The notes under the pieces: generated by a model | Database searches by the model: none | What the model was told of the DNA's origin: nothing | Seen by the model: only the letters and a program-made list of their open reading frames with translations | Source: a virus | Taxonomy: Duplodnaviria > Caudoviricetes | Length of the DNA: 37,551 nt | Direction: 5' to 3' (one strand) | IMG/VR virus record: IMGVR_UViG_3300046747_000816 | Location: 1-37,551 of that record | Shown: piece by piece, positions 8,663 through 17,151 of the stretch | How positions within the stretch are numbered: position 1 is the stretch's first letter | Layout: the number at the start of each line of letters is the position of its first letter | Position numbers and translations under genes: made by a program

Positions 8663-9339
8663 CCGCGTACCGCCTCAATCTCCCCCCGAGCACCAACAAC
8701 CTGCGCAGACCGGCACTGTTGTCGCCGGTCTGGTGCTCGGGGTGTGGCCGCACCGTGCACGGCCGCGCCGACATTCGCGAGGTCTCGACGGGTGAGGCGA
8801 AGGCGTTCAGGAAGCACGCGCACTCGAGGCTCCCGCGGGCGTTGCTCGCGGGGCCCGTCGAGGTGCTCGCAACCTACTACCTCGAGACCCTCTCGTCGGA
8901 CGGCACGAACCGAACGAAGGCACTGCACGACGCGCTGCAGGAATTTCTTTTCTACAACGACTGCCAGGTCGCCGAGGTGCACGAGGTCTACCTCTTCGCC
9001 GACAAGCACCACCCGCCCGGCGTCGTGTTTGAGGTGGTGCCCGCCACGGACCCGAAGCACGCCGAACGCGCGCGCCGGCTCGCTGCCTCGAAGGTTCAGC
9101 AGCGCGCGAACGAAGCCGCACAGCCGAGACTTTTCGCAGAACCCACCGAGGGTGGTCCATCGAAGGGCACCGATTCGAGTCCGGTGAAACCCTCGGATGC
9201 GCGGGCGGGCGCTGTTCTTGGGGCGCCCGGCCCGCGTGCAGTTTTCCCCGAGCCGTTGCAGCAGCGACTCAACCGGATCGCGAGGCCTGCAGTCGTCTCG
9301 CACCGGCCACCCGACGACGAACCACCGGAGGCAGCATGA
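8659..9339 (+). CDS. rusA: RusA-like Holliday junction resolvase with CxxC insert and long C-terminal tail
   Basis: LPPSTNN, GPVEV, DGTNRTKALHDAL, NDCQV. Confidence 0.8.
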   Translation: MTAYRLNLPPSTNNLRRPALLSPVWCSGCGRTVHGRADIREVSTGEAKAFRKHAHSRLPRALLAGPVEVLATYYLETLSSDGTNRTKALHDALQEFLFYNDCQVAEVHEVYLFADKHHPPGVVFEVVPATDPKHAERARRLAASKVQQRANEAAQPRLFAEPTEGGPSKGTDSSPVKPSDARAGAVLGAPGPRAVFPEPLQQRLNRIARPAVVSHRPPDDEPPEAA

Positions 9340-9647
9340 GACGAGCAGCGGATCCGAAGGCCGAAGTGATCAAAGCACTCAAAGAGGCGCAGGAGCTCTT
9401 GAAACTCTGTGGCCCATCGGCTTTCCGCGCGAAGGCGCTTGCTGAGCGTCTGCTGCCGGAAGACCCGTTGGTGCTCGACCTGTGTGAGCACCACGGGTTC
9501 GGCGCCGTCATGGATTCGGCCGCTCGGCAGTGGGCCCTGAGGAGCGGGCTCCGTGGCCACAACCACACCACTGGGCCGGCGGGCGCCTCGGTCGAGCGTG
9601 GGCTGAAAATGATTCGGTCTGCGCTCCGGCACGCGAGGCGCCTGTGA
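9336..9647 (+). CDS. Hypothetical protein
   Basis: ATGA/GTGA coupling; GGAGG SD. Confidence 0.65.
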   Translation: MRRAADPKAEVIKALKEAQELLKLCGPSAFRAKALAERLLPEDPLVLDLCEHHGFGAVMDSAARQWALRSGLRGHNHTTGPAGASVERGLKMIRSALRHARRL

Positions 9648-10003
9648 ACCTCAACGAAACGCAGCCACCACCGAAGCCAGGCAAGGCGCCGCACACCATC
9701 GACCTGGTCGTCGGTGACCTCTGGCAGCGCAAGCAGTTCGGAATCGCGAAGTACGGCCGCGCGCACCAGTGGGACAACGGGCGCGACCACCTGGTCGACG
9801 GGTACCAGGAGGTGCTCGACCTCGCGTGCTACCTGCGCTCCGAAATCGAGAGGCGTCGCTCGATTCGCGCCGAGGCCCTCGAGGAGGCGGCGCAGCTGCT
9901 CGACCGCGTGCCCGGCTTCGCGTGCGGTGCCGACGTCGGGCGATGGCTGACCGAGATGGCGAAGGACATTCGGGCGCTCGCTCAGAAGGGGCCACAACGA
10001 TGA
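9644..10003 (+). CDS. Phage hypothetical protein, possibly all-alpha NTP-pyrophosphatase-like
   Basis: R..FGIAKYG...NGRDHLVDGYQEVLDLACYL; GTGA coupling. Confidence 0.7.
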   Translation: MNLNETQPPPKPGKAPHTIDLVVGDLWQRKQFGIAKYGRAHQWDNGRDHLVDGYQEVLDLACYLRSEIERRRSIRAEALEEAAQLLDRVPGFACGADVGRWLTEMAKDIRALAQKGPQR

Positions 10004-10140
10004 AGCGCGCGCACCTCACGTTGATCAACGGCGGCCCGTGCCCGTGCGAGGCGTGCCGCACACAGCGATGGCTCCTCGCCGTCTCGCTGCTCACGCTCGC
10101 CGCAGTCGGCGCTGTCTGGCTCCTCCTGGGGACCGCATGA
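10000..10140 (+). CDS. Small single-TM protein with CPCxxC
   Basis: ATGA coupling at both ends; C-terminal hydrophobic helix. Confidence 0.6.
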   Translation: MKRAHLTLINGGPCPCEACRTQRWLLAVSLLTLAAVGAVWLLLGTA

Positions 10141-10478
10141 ATACCGCGCGAAGCAGGCGGGCGGCATACGCGTGGGTCGCGCACGCACTCCAGCAGGCGA
10201 TCAGGAACGCTGGGGAGCCAGCCGCTCCCGGTGTCGCGTCAGAGGTCGAGCGCATTCTACGGGCCTTCTGCGAAGCCGCTGCCGTGGAGGACGAGATTGG
10301 CGTTGATGAGGCGCTCGCGAACCCGCTGATGAGTCGCGACGCGCAAGGCAAGTGGTCGGTTCAGTGCTTCACGTGCGAAGCGTGGCTGGGGCCATTCGCG
10401 ACCTCTGACGCGATGGAGGAGGTCTACGCAGCACACCTCGACTCGCACGCATTGCGGCGGGAGGCGCTCGCGAAATGA
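10137..10478 (+). CDS. Hypothetical protein with C-terminal C2H2-like motif
   Basis: CFTC...HLDSH; ATGA coupling. Confidence 0.65.
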   Translation: MNTARSRRAAYAWVAHALQQAIRNAGEPAAPGVASEVERILRAFCEAAAVEDEIGVDEALANPLMSRDAQGKWSVQCFTCEAWLGPFATSDAMEEVYAAHLDSHALRREALAK

Positions 10479-11026
10479 GCCCGTACGCCACCGCCGACCT
10501 GTTCCCAGAAACGGTGCTGAAGCCGGCCGACGACCCGAACAGCAGGTTCACCACGCGAGAGTTCATGGTGTGGATCAAGGCGACCGTCGCTGCCGAGCTG
10601 TGCCTGCGCGAGGGCGCGAACTTCGAGTTCGATCTCGACCCCTTCGCGCACCCGGAGTCGTGCTGGGGCCTCGAGGGCTGGACGAAGGCAGACGACGCAT
10701 ACCCGCGGCAGATGTTCGGCCGCTCGTTCCTGAACGGCCCATGGAACGAATGCGCGCAGGTCACGCAATGGGTGGTCGACCAGCTGCCGCGGAACTTTCG
10801 GCTCAGCTTCTGCGCTCAGGTGCTCCCCGGCAACCGGCAGGAGCAAGACTGGTGGCAACGGCTCGTCGAGCCGATTCGCGACCGTCGTGACCGCAAGGGC
10901 ATCGTCGTCACTTCGCACTACCCGCCCGGCCGTCAGAACTACGGCGTGCCCGGCGCGCCTCTCGCCGACGGGTGGGGCACAGGGCTCAACGTCAACAGCC
11001 TTCTCCTGATCTGGCGGTGCACGTGA
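10475..11026 (+). CDS. Phage Dam-like DNA N6-adenine methyltransferase with atypical NGPW motif
   Basis: RFTT, FDLDPFA, TKADDA, SFLNGPW, VLP....DWW layout. Confidence 0.75.
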   Translation: MSPYATADLFPETVLKPADDPNSRFTTREFMVWIKATVAAELCLREGANFEFDLDPFAHPESCWGLEGWTKADDAYPRQMFGRSFLNGPWNECAQVTQWVVDQLPRNFRLSFCAQVLPGNRQEQDWWQRLVEPIRDRRDRKGIVVTSHYPPGRQNYGVPGAPLADGWGTGLNVNSLLLIWRCT

Positions 11027-11439
11027 TGGTCGCGCAGCTCAGTCTCTACGACGATCCCACGCTGCCGCTGCCGCTCTCTGGCGACATCGCCGAGCAGCTA
11101 CGTCGGCTCGACGTCTCGACTCGCGTGTGGCTCGACCACATGCTCGACCTGGGCTTTGAGCTCGAGGTCATCGGCGACTGGACCGCAGAGTCGCGACGCA
11201 TCACGGCCGCGAATCGCTATCTCCGGCCCCACATCATCACGACGGCACGCGGCCGCCGGCGCGGGTGGATGCGGCCGGTGCACCCCGGTGAGAGGGGCTG
11301 GCTGAAGATGGGAGACCCGCCCGTGTGGTGGACCTTCGTCGGCTACGAGCCGCGTCTCGAGAAGCAGATCGGCGCCGGCCGTCGCACACCGCACGAGAGC
11401 ACGAAGGCCCGGCACTGGCCGAAGGGAGCGACACCATGA
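11026..11439 (+). CDS. Hypothetical protein
   Basis: TGATG coupling. Confidence 0.6.
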   Translation: MVAQLSLYDDPTLPLPLSGDIAEQLRRLDVSTRVWLDHMLDLGFELEVIGDWTAESRRITAANRYLRPHIITTARGRRRGWMRPVHPGERGWLKMGDPPVWWTFVGYEPRLEKQIGAGRRTPHESTKARHWPKGATP

Positions 11440-11651
11440 GAGGCAAATCCGTCCACATCGCAGCAGGCCCGCTGTCGTACCGCGAGCGCATCGAGGCCCA
11501 CTACGCAGCGAACCCCTGCTCGAGCCTCCGGGAAGCCTGGGAGGCCACCGGTGCCCCTCGTGCGACCGTCATTCACGTGCGGAAGCGCCTCATCGCGGCC
11601 GGCAGACTGAGGCCTACGCACACAATGGCCGACGCGCTGCGCGCGGTCTGA
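11436..11651 (+). CDS. Small HTH DNA-binding protein
   Basis: NPCSSLREAWEATGAPRATVIHVRKRLIAAGRL; GGGAG SD; ATGA coupling. Confidence 0.65.
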   Translation: MRGKSVHIAAGPLSYRERIEAHYAANPCSSLREAWEATGAPRATVIHVRKRLIAAGRLRPTHTMADALRAV

Positions 11652-11653
11652 GC

Positions 11654-11669
11654 GTCACCACGTGGTGAC
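11654..11669. promoter_or_regulatory. Perfect 16-bp intergenic palindrome
   Basis: GTCACCAC|GTGGTGAC. Confidence 0.55.
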
Positions 11670-11701
11670 AGCGGTCGAGCGTCGGGTTACCAACATCAGG
11701 C

Positions 11702-12025
11702 GTGCCAGCCACGGTACGCACCTGCGACATCGCCGAGTGTCCCAACGAGTCGCGGAAGGCCGGTCTCTGCTGGACGCACCTATGGAGACGTCGCAAGGGC
11801 CTCCCGATGTCGACGCCCGTGCGCAGGTACGTGCGCGACCCCAAGCAGGGCCTGCTCCGCGCTATCGATGACTTCCAAGAGGCGGTGGAGGCGTACGACT
11901 CCCCGGGCACCAAGAACACATGGGACCTCGCGTGGCGCCGCCTCCTAATGGCCATCGCCTACTACCGCCACAAGCAGCTCCGCCGCCGCCCTTCCTCAGA
12001 ATTCCCCCCCGCCAAGACAGGCTGA
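11702..12025 (+). CDS. Zinc-binding basic protein (C-x4-C...GLC-x2-H), candidate late regulator
   Basis: CDIAEC...KAGLCWTH; last gene before terS. Confidence 0.65.
   Translation: MPATVRTCDIAECPNESRKAGLCWTHLWRRRKGLPMSTPVRRYVRDPKQGLLRAIDDFQEAVEAYDSPGTKNTWDLAWRRLLMAIAYYRHKQLRRRPSSEFPPAKTG
11996..12023 (+). promoter_or_regulatory. Late promoter motif copy 1 (before terS)
   Basis: TCAGAATTCCCCCCC...CAGGCT; fits AGAAT-N18-GCT. Confidence 0.7.
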
Positions 12026-12029
12026 GTGC

Positions 12030-12419
12030 GTGGCGAAGGACACCCTCACCGTGCGACAGCGTCGATTCGCCGACGCGTACAACGGCAACGGCACCGAAGC
12101 CGCCAGGAAAGCCGGCTACCGAGGGTCGAACGGAACTCTCGCGGTCACCGCGTACCACCTTCTAAGAATTCCTAAGGTCCGGGAGATCATCGACGCGCGC
12201 GAAGAGGGCGTGCTTCGTCGGCTCGTTCTCACGCGCGACGAGCGGCAGGAACGGTGGAGCGCGATCGCCTGCGACCCAGACGTCCCTGTGCGGGATCAGC
12301 TCAAGGCGCTTGAGGCACTCGGCAGGACCGAGCGCGACTTCGTCGACCGCTTGGAGCACGCGATTGAGGGCAAGACCCTCGAGACGCTGGTGCTTGGCTC
12401 TTTCAAAGAGGAGACGTGA
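12030..12419 (+). CDS. terS: Terminase small subunit
   Basis: LTVRQRRFADAYNGNGTEAARKAGY...AYHLLRIPKV...LKALEALGR. Confidence 0.92.
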   Translation: MAKDTLTVRQRRFADAYNGNGTEAARKAGYRGSNGTLAVTAYHLLRIPKVREIIDAREEGVLRRLVLTRDERQERWSAIACDPDVPVRDQLKALEALGRTERDFVDRLEHAIEGKTLETLVLGSFKEET

Positions 12420-12682
12420 TGCCCCTGCTCGCTGTGCTCGCCCGCTGTGTCCCCGGCTGCGATGGCGGACCCAACCCCATCTTTTGCGACAAGCACTGGC
12501 CGCTGCTCGAGGAGCCGCTGCAGAAGGCGCTGGTCGCGGAGTGGAACCGGCTCCGCCCGCCCACCTCAATGACTCCGCACTTGGCCACGCTGCTCAAGAC
12601 GGCGAGCGCCGCCCTCGAGCTGCAGCTGCACGGCGCGGGGAAGCTCCACGACACCGGAGGGAAGACGCATGCCCTTGTCTAA
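12416..12682 (+). CDS. Hypothetical zinc-binding protein
   Basis: C-x3-C...FCDKHW; coupled to terS. Confidence 0.6.
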   Translation: MMPLLAVLARCVPGCDGGPNPIFCDKHWPLLEEPLQKALVAEWNRLRPPTSMTPHLATLLKTASAALELQLHGAGKLHDTGGKTHALV

Positions 12683-12815
12683 GGGGAAGAGCGAGAAGGC
12701 CATCGGCCGCAACATCGCTGAGCTCATGCACAGCGGGCGACCACAGCGGCAGGCCATCGCCATCGCGATGCGCGTCGCGGGCAAGCCGAAGCCGAAGAAG
12801 CCGAAGGGCAAGTGA
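12669..12815 (+). CDS. Small basic phage protein (MPLSKGKSEKAIGRNIAELMHSGRPQRQAIAIAMRVAGKPKPKKPKGK); not in ORF track
   Basis: GGAGGG SD; fills the gap before terL; the QAIAIA motif is typical of small phage packaging-region proteins. Confidence 0.8.
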   Translation: MPLSKGKSEKAIGRNIAELMHSGRPQRQAIAIAMRVAGKPKPKKPKGK

Positions 12816-12818
12816 AGC

Positions 12819-14252
12819 GTGCTGACGGCGTCCGAATCGAAGGTGCGGGAGTGGCGAGAGAAGCCACAGCTCTTCGTGCGCGAGGTGTTCCACGTGACGC
12901 CGGACCCATGGCAAGACAAGCTGCTCGAGGCCTTCCCGCGCCCGGACCTGAACCGCTTCGCCGGCATCGCGTGCAAGGGCCCCGGGAAGACCGCGGTCGA
13001 GGCCTGGCTCGGCTGGAACTTTCTGCTGACACGGCCACACCCGAAGGTGGTGGCCACGAGCATCACCGGCGACAACCTGCGAGACGGCCTGTGGACCGAG
13101 TTCGCGAAGTGGCAACGCGTGAGCCCGCTGCTGCAAGCGGCCTTTCAGTGGACCTCGGGGCGCATCTTCAACAAGAGCTCGCCAAACACGTGGTGGGCGA
13201 GCGCTCGCACCTGGCCGAAAGACGGCGACCCCGAGCAGCAGGCGAACACTCTCGCCGGTCTGCACGAAGACTTCCTGCTCTTCCTCATCGACGAGGCCTC
13301 AGACATTCCGCGCGGCGTCGTGACCGCAGCTGAGGCGGCCCTCACCGGCGGCAAGGAAACGAAGCTCATCGTCATGGGGAACTGTACGCAGACGGACGGA
13401 CCCATCTGGCACGCGGCCCAGCGGCCAGAGCTGTGGTTCACCGTGCGCATCAGCGGCGACCCCGATGACCCGGAGCGCTCGCCCCGCATCAACATCGACG
13501 AGGCCCGCCGGCAGATTGCCGAGCACGGAATCGACTCGTACGTCGTGCGCGTGAACATCCTCGGGAAGTTCCCCGACCGCGCCGACGACAAGCTGCTCGA
13601 CGCGCGTGACTGCCAGCTCGCCCAGGGTCGCGACGCGAAGCAGGACAGCTTCGGGCACCTGCCGCTCGTCATCGGCTGTGACCCTGCCCGCTACGGCTCC
13701 GACTCCACCGTCATCATTCGTCGGCAGGGCCGCATGTGCTGGACACCCCGCGTGCTGAAGCAACTCGACACGGTGCAGACCGCAGAGCAGCTCATGGGCG
13801 AGCTCGACAGCGTCGACGCGGACGCGGCCTTCGTCGACGAGGTAGGAATCGGCGCTGGCGTCATCGATACATGCCGCTCCCGCGGCTACGGTAAGCGCAT
13901 CTTCGGAGTAAATGCCGGCTCGAAGGCGCGCGAAGAGACCCGCTTCGTGAACCGCCGCGCTGAGATGTACTGGCACACGGCAGACTGGGTCCGGTCCGGT
14001 GGCTGCCTACCCAAAGACGACCTGCTCGCGGGCGAGCTCGCCGCGCCGCACTACGACTACGACCCGAAGCAGCGCGTTCGGCTCGAGCCGAAAGACGACG
14101 TGAAGGCGCGTCTCGGTCGCAGCCCGGACCGCGCCGACGCGCTCTCGCTCACCTTCGCTTCGCCGGTTCGCCGGCAGGAGCGCCAGCGTGCCGCAGGGCC
14201 GAACGCCGGCTCAGGCAGCCTCAACGACTACAACCCTCTTGGAGGTGCGTGA
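12819..14252 (+). CDS. terL: Terminase large subunit
   Basis: Walker A-like CKGPGKT, Walker B FLIDEA, MGN coupling motif, nuclease GCDPARYGSDST and SPDRADAL. Confidence 0.95.
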   Translation: MLTASESKVREWREKPQLFVREVFHVTPDPWQDKLLEAFPRPDLNRFAGIACKGPGKTAVEAWLGWNFLLTRPHPKVVATSITGDNLRDGLWTEFAKWQRVSPLLQAAFQWTSGRIFNKSSPNTWWASARTWPKDGDPEQQANTLAGLHEDFLLFLIDEASDIPRGVVTAAEAALTGGKETKLIVMGNCTQTDGPIWHAAQRPELWFTVRISGDPDDPERSPRINIDEARRQIAEHGIDSYVVRVNILGKFPDRADDKLLDARDCQLAQGRDAKQDSFGHLPLVIGCDPARYGSDSTVIIRRQGRMCWTPRVLKQLDTVQTAEQLMGELDSVDADAAFVDEVGIGAGVIDTCRSRGYGKRIFGVNAGSKAREETRFVNRRAEMYWHTADWVRSGGCLPKDDLLAGELAAPHYDYDPKQRVRLEPKDDVKARLGRSPDRADALSLTFASPVRRQERQRAAGPNAGSGSLNDYNPLGGA

Positions 14253-14551
14253 TGGGCTACAACATGAACAACGTCGCCAACCCTGACGGTGCGCTCAACG
14301 AGCAGGGCGAGAGCAACCGCGTGGCGCGCGCGCCGTGGTCGAAGACGTCGCAGGCTCGGCAGCAGGCCTTCGCGGACCTCGGAGAGGGCAGCCTGCCGCC
14401 ACAGGCCCCCGACGCGACCGACGCGGCCGTGCAGAAGAGCCGCACCTCCGGGCTGCTGCTTTCGAAGGCGGGGCGCGGCCGCTCGAGCACGTTCCTGGGC
14501 TCAATGACGGGCGAGCCACTGCTCGGCAAGACGATGTTGGGAGGGTACTGA
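14252..14551 (+). CDS. Hypothetical virion-associated protein preceding portal
   Basis: GGAGG SD; GRSSTFL...KTMLGG ending; position between terL and portal. Confidence 0.75.
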   Translation: MGYNMNNVANPDGALNEQGESNRVARAPWSKTSQARQQAFADLGEGSLPPQAPDATDAAVQKSRTSGLLLSKAGRGRSSTFLGSMTGEPLLGKTMLGGY

Positions 14552-14552
14552 C

Positions 14553-16298
14553 GTGGACATCGCAACGCCTTCAGCACTCTCGAAGCGGCAGCAGTACCTG
14601 CGCCGCCTCGGGCAGTTCAAGAACGAGCGACAAAGCTGGGATCCGACGTACAAAGACATTCGCGACTTCATCGAGCCGTACCGTGGGCGCTTCCAGAGCG
14701 ACTCCGAGACGAACCGCGGTGAGCGCAAAGACCAGAACATCATCAACTGCGAGCCCGGTCTCGACGTCGAGATTCAGGCGGCGGGTCAGGTCGCTGGCAT
14801 CACCAACCCCTCGTCGCGCTGGTTCAAGACCTCGACGCCCTACCGCGAGCTCAACGAGCTCAAGAGCGTGAAGATGTGGTGCGCCGAGGTCACCGACCTG
14901 ATGTTGCAGGCGTATGAGAAGAGCAACATCTACGACTCGCTGCACACGCTCTACGGCGACATCAGTCCGTTCGGCACCGCGGTGCTGCACATGGACGAAG
15001 ACGACGAGGAGATTTTCCGCGCCTACGTCTTCCCGCCGGGCACTTACTACCTCGCGAACAGTCCGCGCTTGCGCGTCGACACATGCTTCCGCGAGCTCCG
15101 CATGACGGTGCATCAGCTCGTGAAGGAGTTCGGGCTGAAGAAGTCGAAAGACGGCCCAGGCGTGAGCATGCAGGTGGCGGCGATGTACGCACAGGGCAAC
15201 TACGACGCCTGGGTGAACGTGATGCACGCGATGCAACCGAACGGCGACATGCAGTACGGGCAGATTGGCGCGCGCGGAATGAAGTTCTCCAGCTGCTGGC
15301 TCGAGCGCGACGCTGGCGAAGAGGCCGGGTTTCTGCGCGAGGGCGGCTACGAAGAGCAACCCTTCATGGCTCCTCGGTGGAGCGTCGTGGGTGTCGACGT
15401 GTACGGGCGCGGACCTGGGCACAGGGCGCTCGGCGACATCAAGGCGTTGCAGCTCGTCGAGCGCCGAGAGCTTCAGGCACTCGAGAAGCTGGTCGACCCG
15501 CCCATGAACATGCCCGAGCACTACCGCGACCTGCAGGTGTCGCTGCGCCCGGGCGCGCAGGTCTACACCGACGGCATGCGGCCGAACGACGGCGCTCGAC
15601 CGGCGCTCACCATCGACCCGCGCGCGGTCGAGTATGCCGAGGCCCGCGTGCGCGCTGTCGAGCGCCGAATCGCGAAGTGCTTCCACGCTGACTTGTGGAT
15701 GATGCTGGCCCAGGTCGAGGCCGGGAAGATGACCGCGACCGAGGCGCAGCTGCGCAAGAACGAGGCGATGCTGCAGCTCGGCCCGATGCTCGAGCGCTTC
15801 CACAACGAATGCCTCCGCCCGATGAACCGGCGCGCCTTCAACATCATGATGCGCCGCGGGCTGCTGCCGGAGCCCCCGAAGGAGTTGCTCGGCGTCGAAC
15901 TGCGCGACGAGTACATCAGCATCCTCGCGCAGGCCCAGAAGGCGGTAGGCATTCAGGGTATTCGCGAGGTGACGAGCTACGCCCTCGAGCTCGCCGACGC
16001 CCAGGTGAAGCTGGGGCAGCCTCCGACAGCGCTCGACAAAATCGACGTCGACGAGGCCATCGACCAATACATCAGCATGGTAGGCGCTGCCCCGAGCATC
16101 GTTCGCAGCGACGAAGAGGTGCAGGCGGCACGGCAGGCGCGGGCGCAGCAGCAGGCGCAGCAGGCCAAGATGCAGCAGATGCAGCAGGGCGCCGACACCG
16201 CGAAGACGCTCTCTCAGGCGGACACCGAGGGGGACAACGCTCTCACCCGCGTGCTCGGCGCGCTCGGGGTTCAAGGCGGCACAAACCTGCCATCGTAA
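14553..16298 (+). CDS. Portal (head-to-tail connector)
   Basis: FGTAVL, PRW...YGRGPG..ALGDIKALQ, MTATE, LGP.LER, EYISILAQAQ, Gln-rich tail. Confidence 0.95.
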   Translation: MDIATPSALSKRQQYLRRLGQFKNERQSWDPTYKDIRDFIEPYRGRFQSDSETNRGERKDQNIINCEPGLDVEIQAAGQVAGITNPSSRWFKTSTPYRELNELKSVKMWCAEVTDLMLQAYEKSNIYDSLHTLYGDISPFGTAVLHMDEDDEEIFRAYVFPPGTYYLANSPRLRVDTCFRELRMTVHQLVKEFGLKKSKDGPGVSMQVAAMYAQGNYDAWVNVMHAMQPNGDMQYGQIGARGMKFSSCWLERDAGEEAGFLREGGYEEQPFMAPRWSVVGVDVYGRGPGHRALGDIKALQLVERRELQALEKLVDPPMNMPEHYRDLQVSLRPGAQVYTDGMRPNDGARPALTIDPRAVEYAEARVRAVERRIAKCFHADLWMMLAQVEAGKMTATEAQLRKNEAMLQLGPMLERFHNECLRPMNRRAFNIMMRRGLLPEPPKELLGVELRDEYISILAQAQKAVGIQGIREVTSYALELADAQVKLGQPPTALDKIDVDEAIDQYISMVGAAPSIVRSDEEVQAARQARAQQQAQQAKMQQMQQGADTAKTLSQADTEGDNALTRVLGALGVQGGTNLPS

Positions 16299-16323
16299 GA
16301 ATCTCCCCCAGCGGGCCGACGCT
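16296..16323 (+). promoter_or_regulatory. Late promoter motif copy 2
   Basis: TAAGAATCTCCCCC...GACGCT. Confidence 0.7.
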
Positions 16324-16333
16324 TTGCCTCACC

Positions 16334-16822
16334 ATGCGTCGACCCTCCGCGTTCCTCCTGTTCGCCGCCGTCGCAGCCGCTTCGGTCTTCATCACCACCC
16401 ACCCGGCTCACGCACAGCAGCGGTGCGGAACCAACAAGCTCTGCATCGGCGACAAGAGCACCGAGATTCACATGAAGGGCCTGACGTACTTCGAGGGGCC
16501 CGACTCGGCGAATGACGGCGGCAACGGCGTGGTGTTCAGCGGGCGCGGCACTCTGATTTACGACTTCGCTTCACTCACCTCGACCTCGGCGGCGCTCAAC
16601 ACCGTCTGCGCTGAGAGCTCCGCGGGCACGGCGACCGGGTGCAGGTTCGGGGACCAGGTCCTTCTGGGCATCGATCAGGCGCCGGTGAACGCGTTCGGCA
16701 CTATCTCGGCCTACGTCAGCGCGGCCGACCAGTTCAAGGTGCGAGCGTGCGCGGTCGGCGTCACCGACGGCGGCACGTTCGACATGCCGGATGCCTCGTA
16801 CACCGTGCGCTGTGTACGGTGA
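16334..16822 (+). CDS. Signal-peptide-bearing beta-rich protein, head decoration/spike-like
   Basis: MRRPSAFLLFAAVAAASVFITTHPAHA signal; 6 Cys; YDFASL...G.RFGDQV...SAYVSAADQFKVR. Confidence 0.75.
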   Translation: MRRPSAFLLFAAVAAASVFITTHPAHAQQRCGTNKLCIGDKSTEIHMKGLTYFEGPDSANDGGNGVVFSGRGTLIYDFASLTSTSAALNTVCAESSAGTATGCRFGDQVLLGIDQAPVNAFGTISAYVSAADQFKVRACAVGVTDGGTFDMPDASYTVRCVR

Positions 16823-17151
16823 GCGACGAGCCGCTCGACGCGGCCGGGCGTGACCTCAAGCTCGAGGCCGAGCAGCGCGACGCAGACCTGAAGGCGGTTG
16901 TCGACACGCCAGCGGGTCAGCGGCTCCTCGCGCGAATTCTCGACAACTCGCGCTTTGGCCGTGCCAGCTACGCGGGCGAGCTCACGCACGCGACCGCCTT
17001 CAACGAGGGCGTGAAGCGAATGGCCGATCTCCTCGACGCCGAGGTGCGGCGCGTGTCGTTCAATGCATGGGTGCGCGTGCACCTCGAGCTGACCGCGCTC
17101 AGGGCCCCTCATCAGAATCCCCCACAGCCGGTTGACGCTTCCCACCAATGA
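16819..17151 (+). CDS. Bbp19-like head morphogenesis protein
   Basis: TPAGQRLLARIL...TAFNEG.R; located between portal and scaffold; GTGA start. Confidence 0.8.
   Translation: MSDEPLDAAGRDLKLEAEQRDADLKAVVDTPAGQRLLARILDNSRFGRASYAGELTHATAFNEGVKRMADLLDAEVRRVSFNAWVRVHLELTALRAPHQNPPQPVDASHQ
17112..17139 (+). promoter_or_regulatory. Late promoter motif copy 3 (before scaffold/capsid)
   Basis: TCAGAATCCCCC...GACGCT. Confidence 0.7.

Noticed and set aside
9146-9196. Hammerhead ribozyme or tRNA
   Set aside because: Three-way shape and GAAA are present, but there is no CUGANGA core, and it is too short for a tRNA
12163-12190. Sixth late promoter copy (TAAGAATTCC in terS; also TCAGAATCTC near 27029)
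   Set aside because: Both are intragenic, lack the C-run, and have no GCT at the 18-nt spacing
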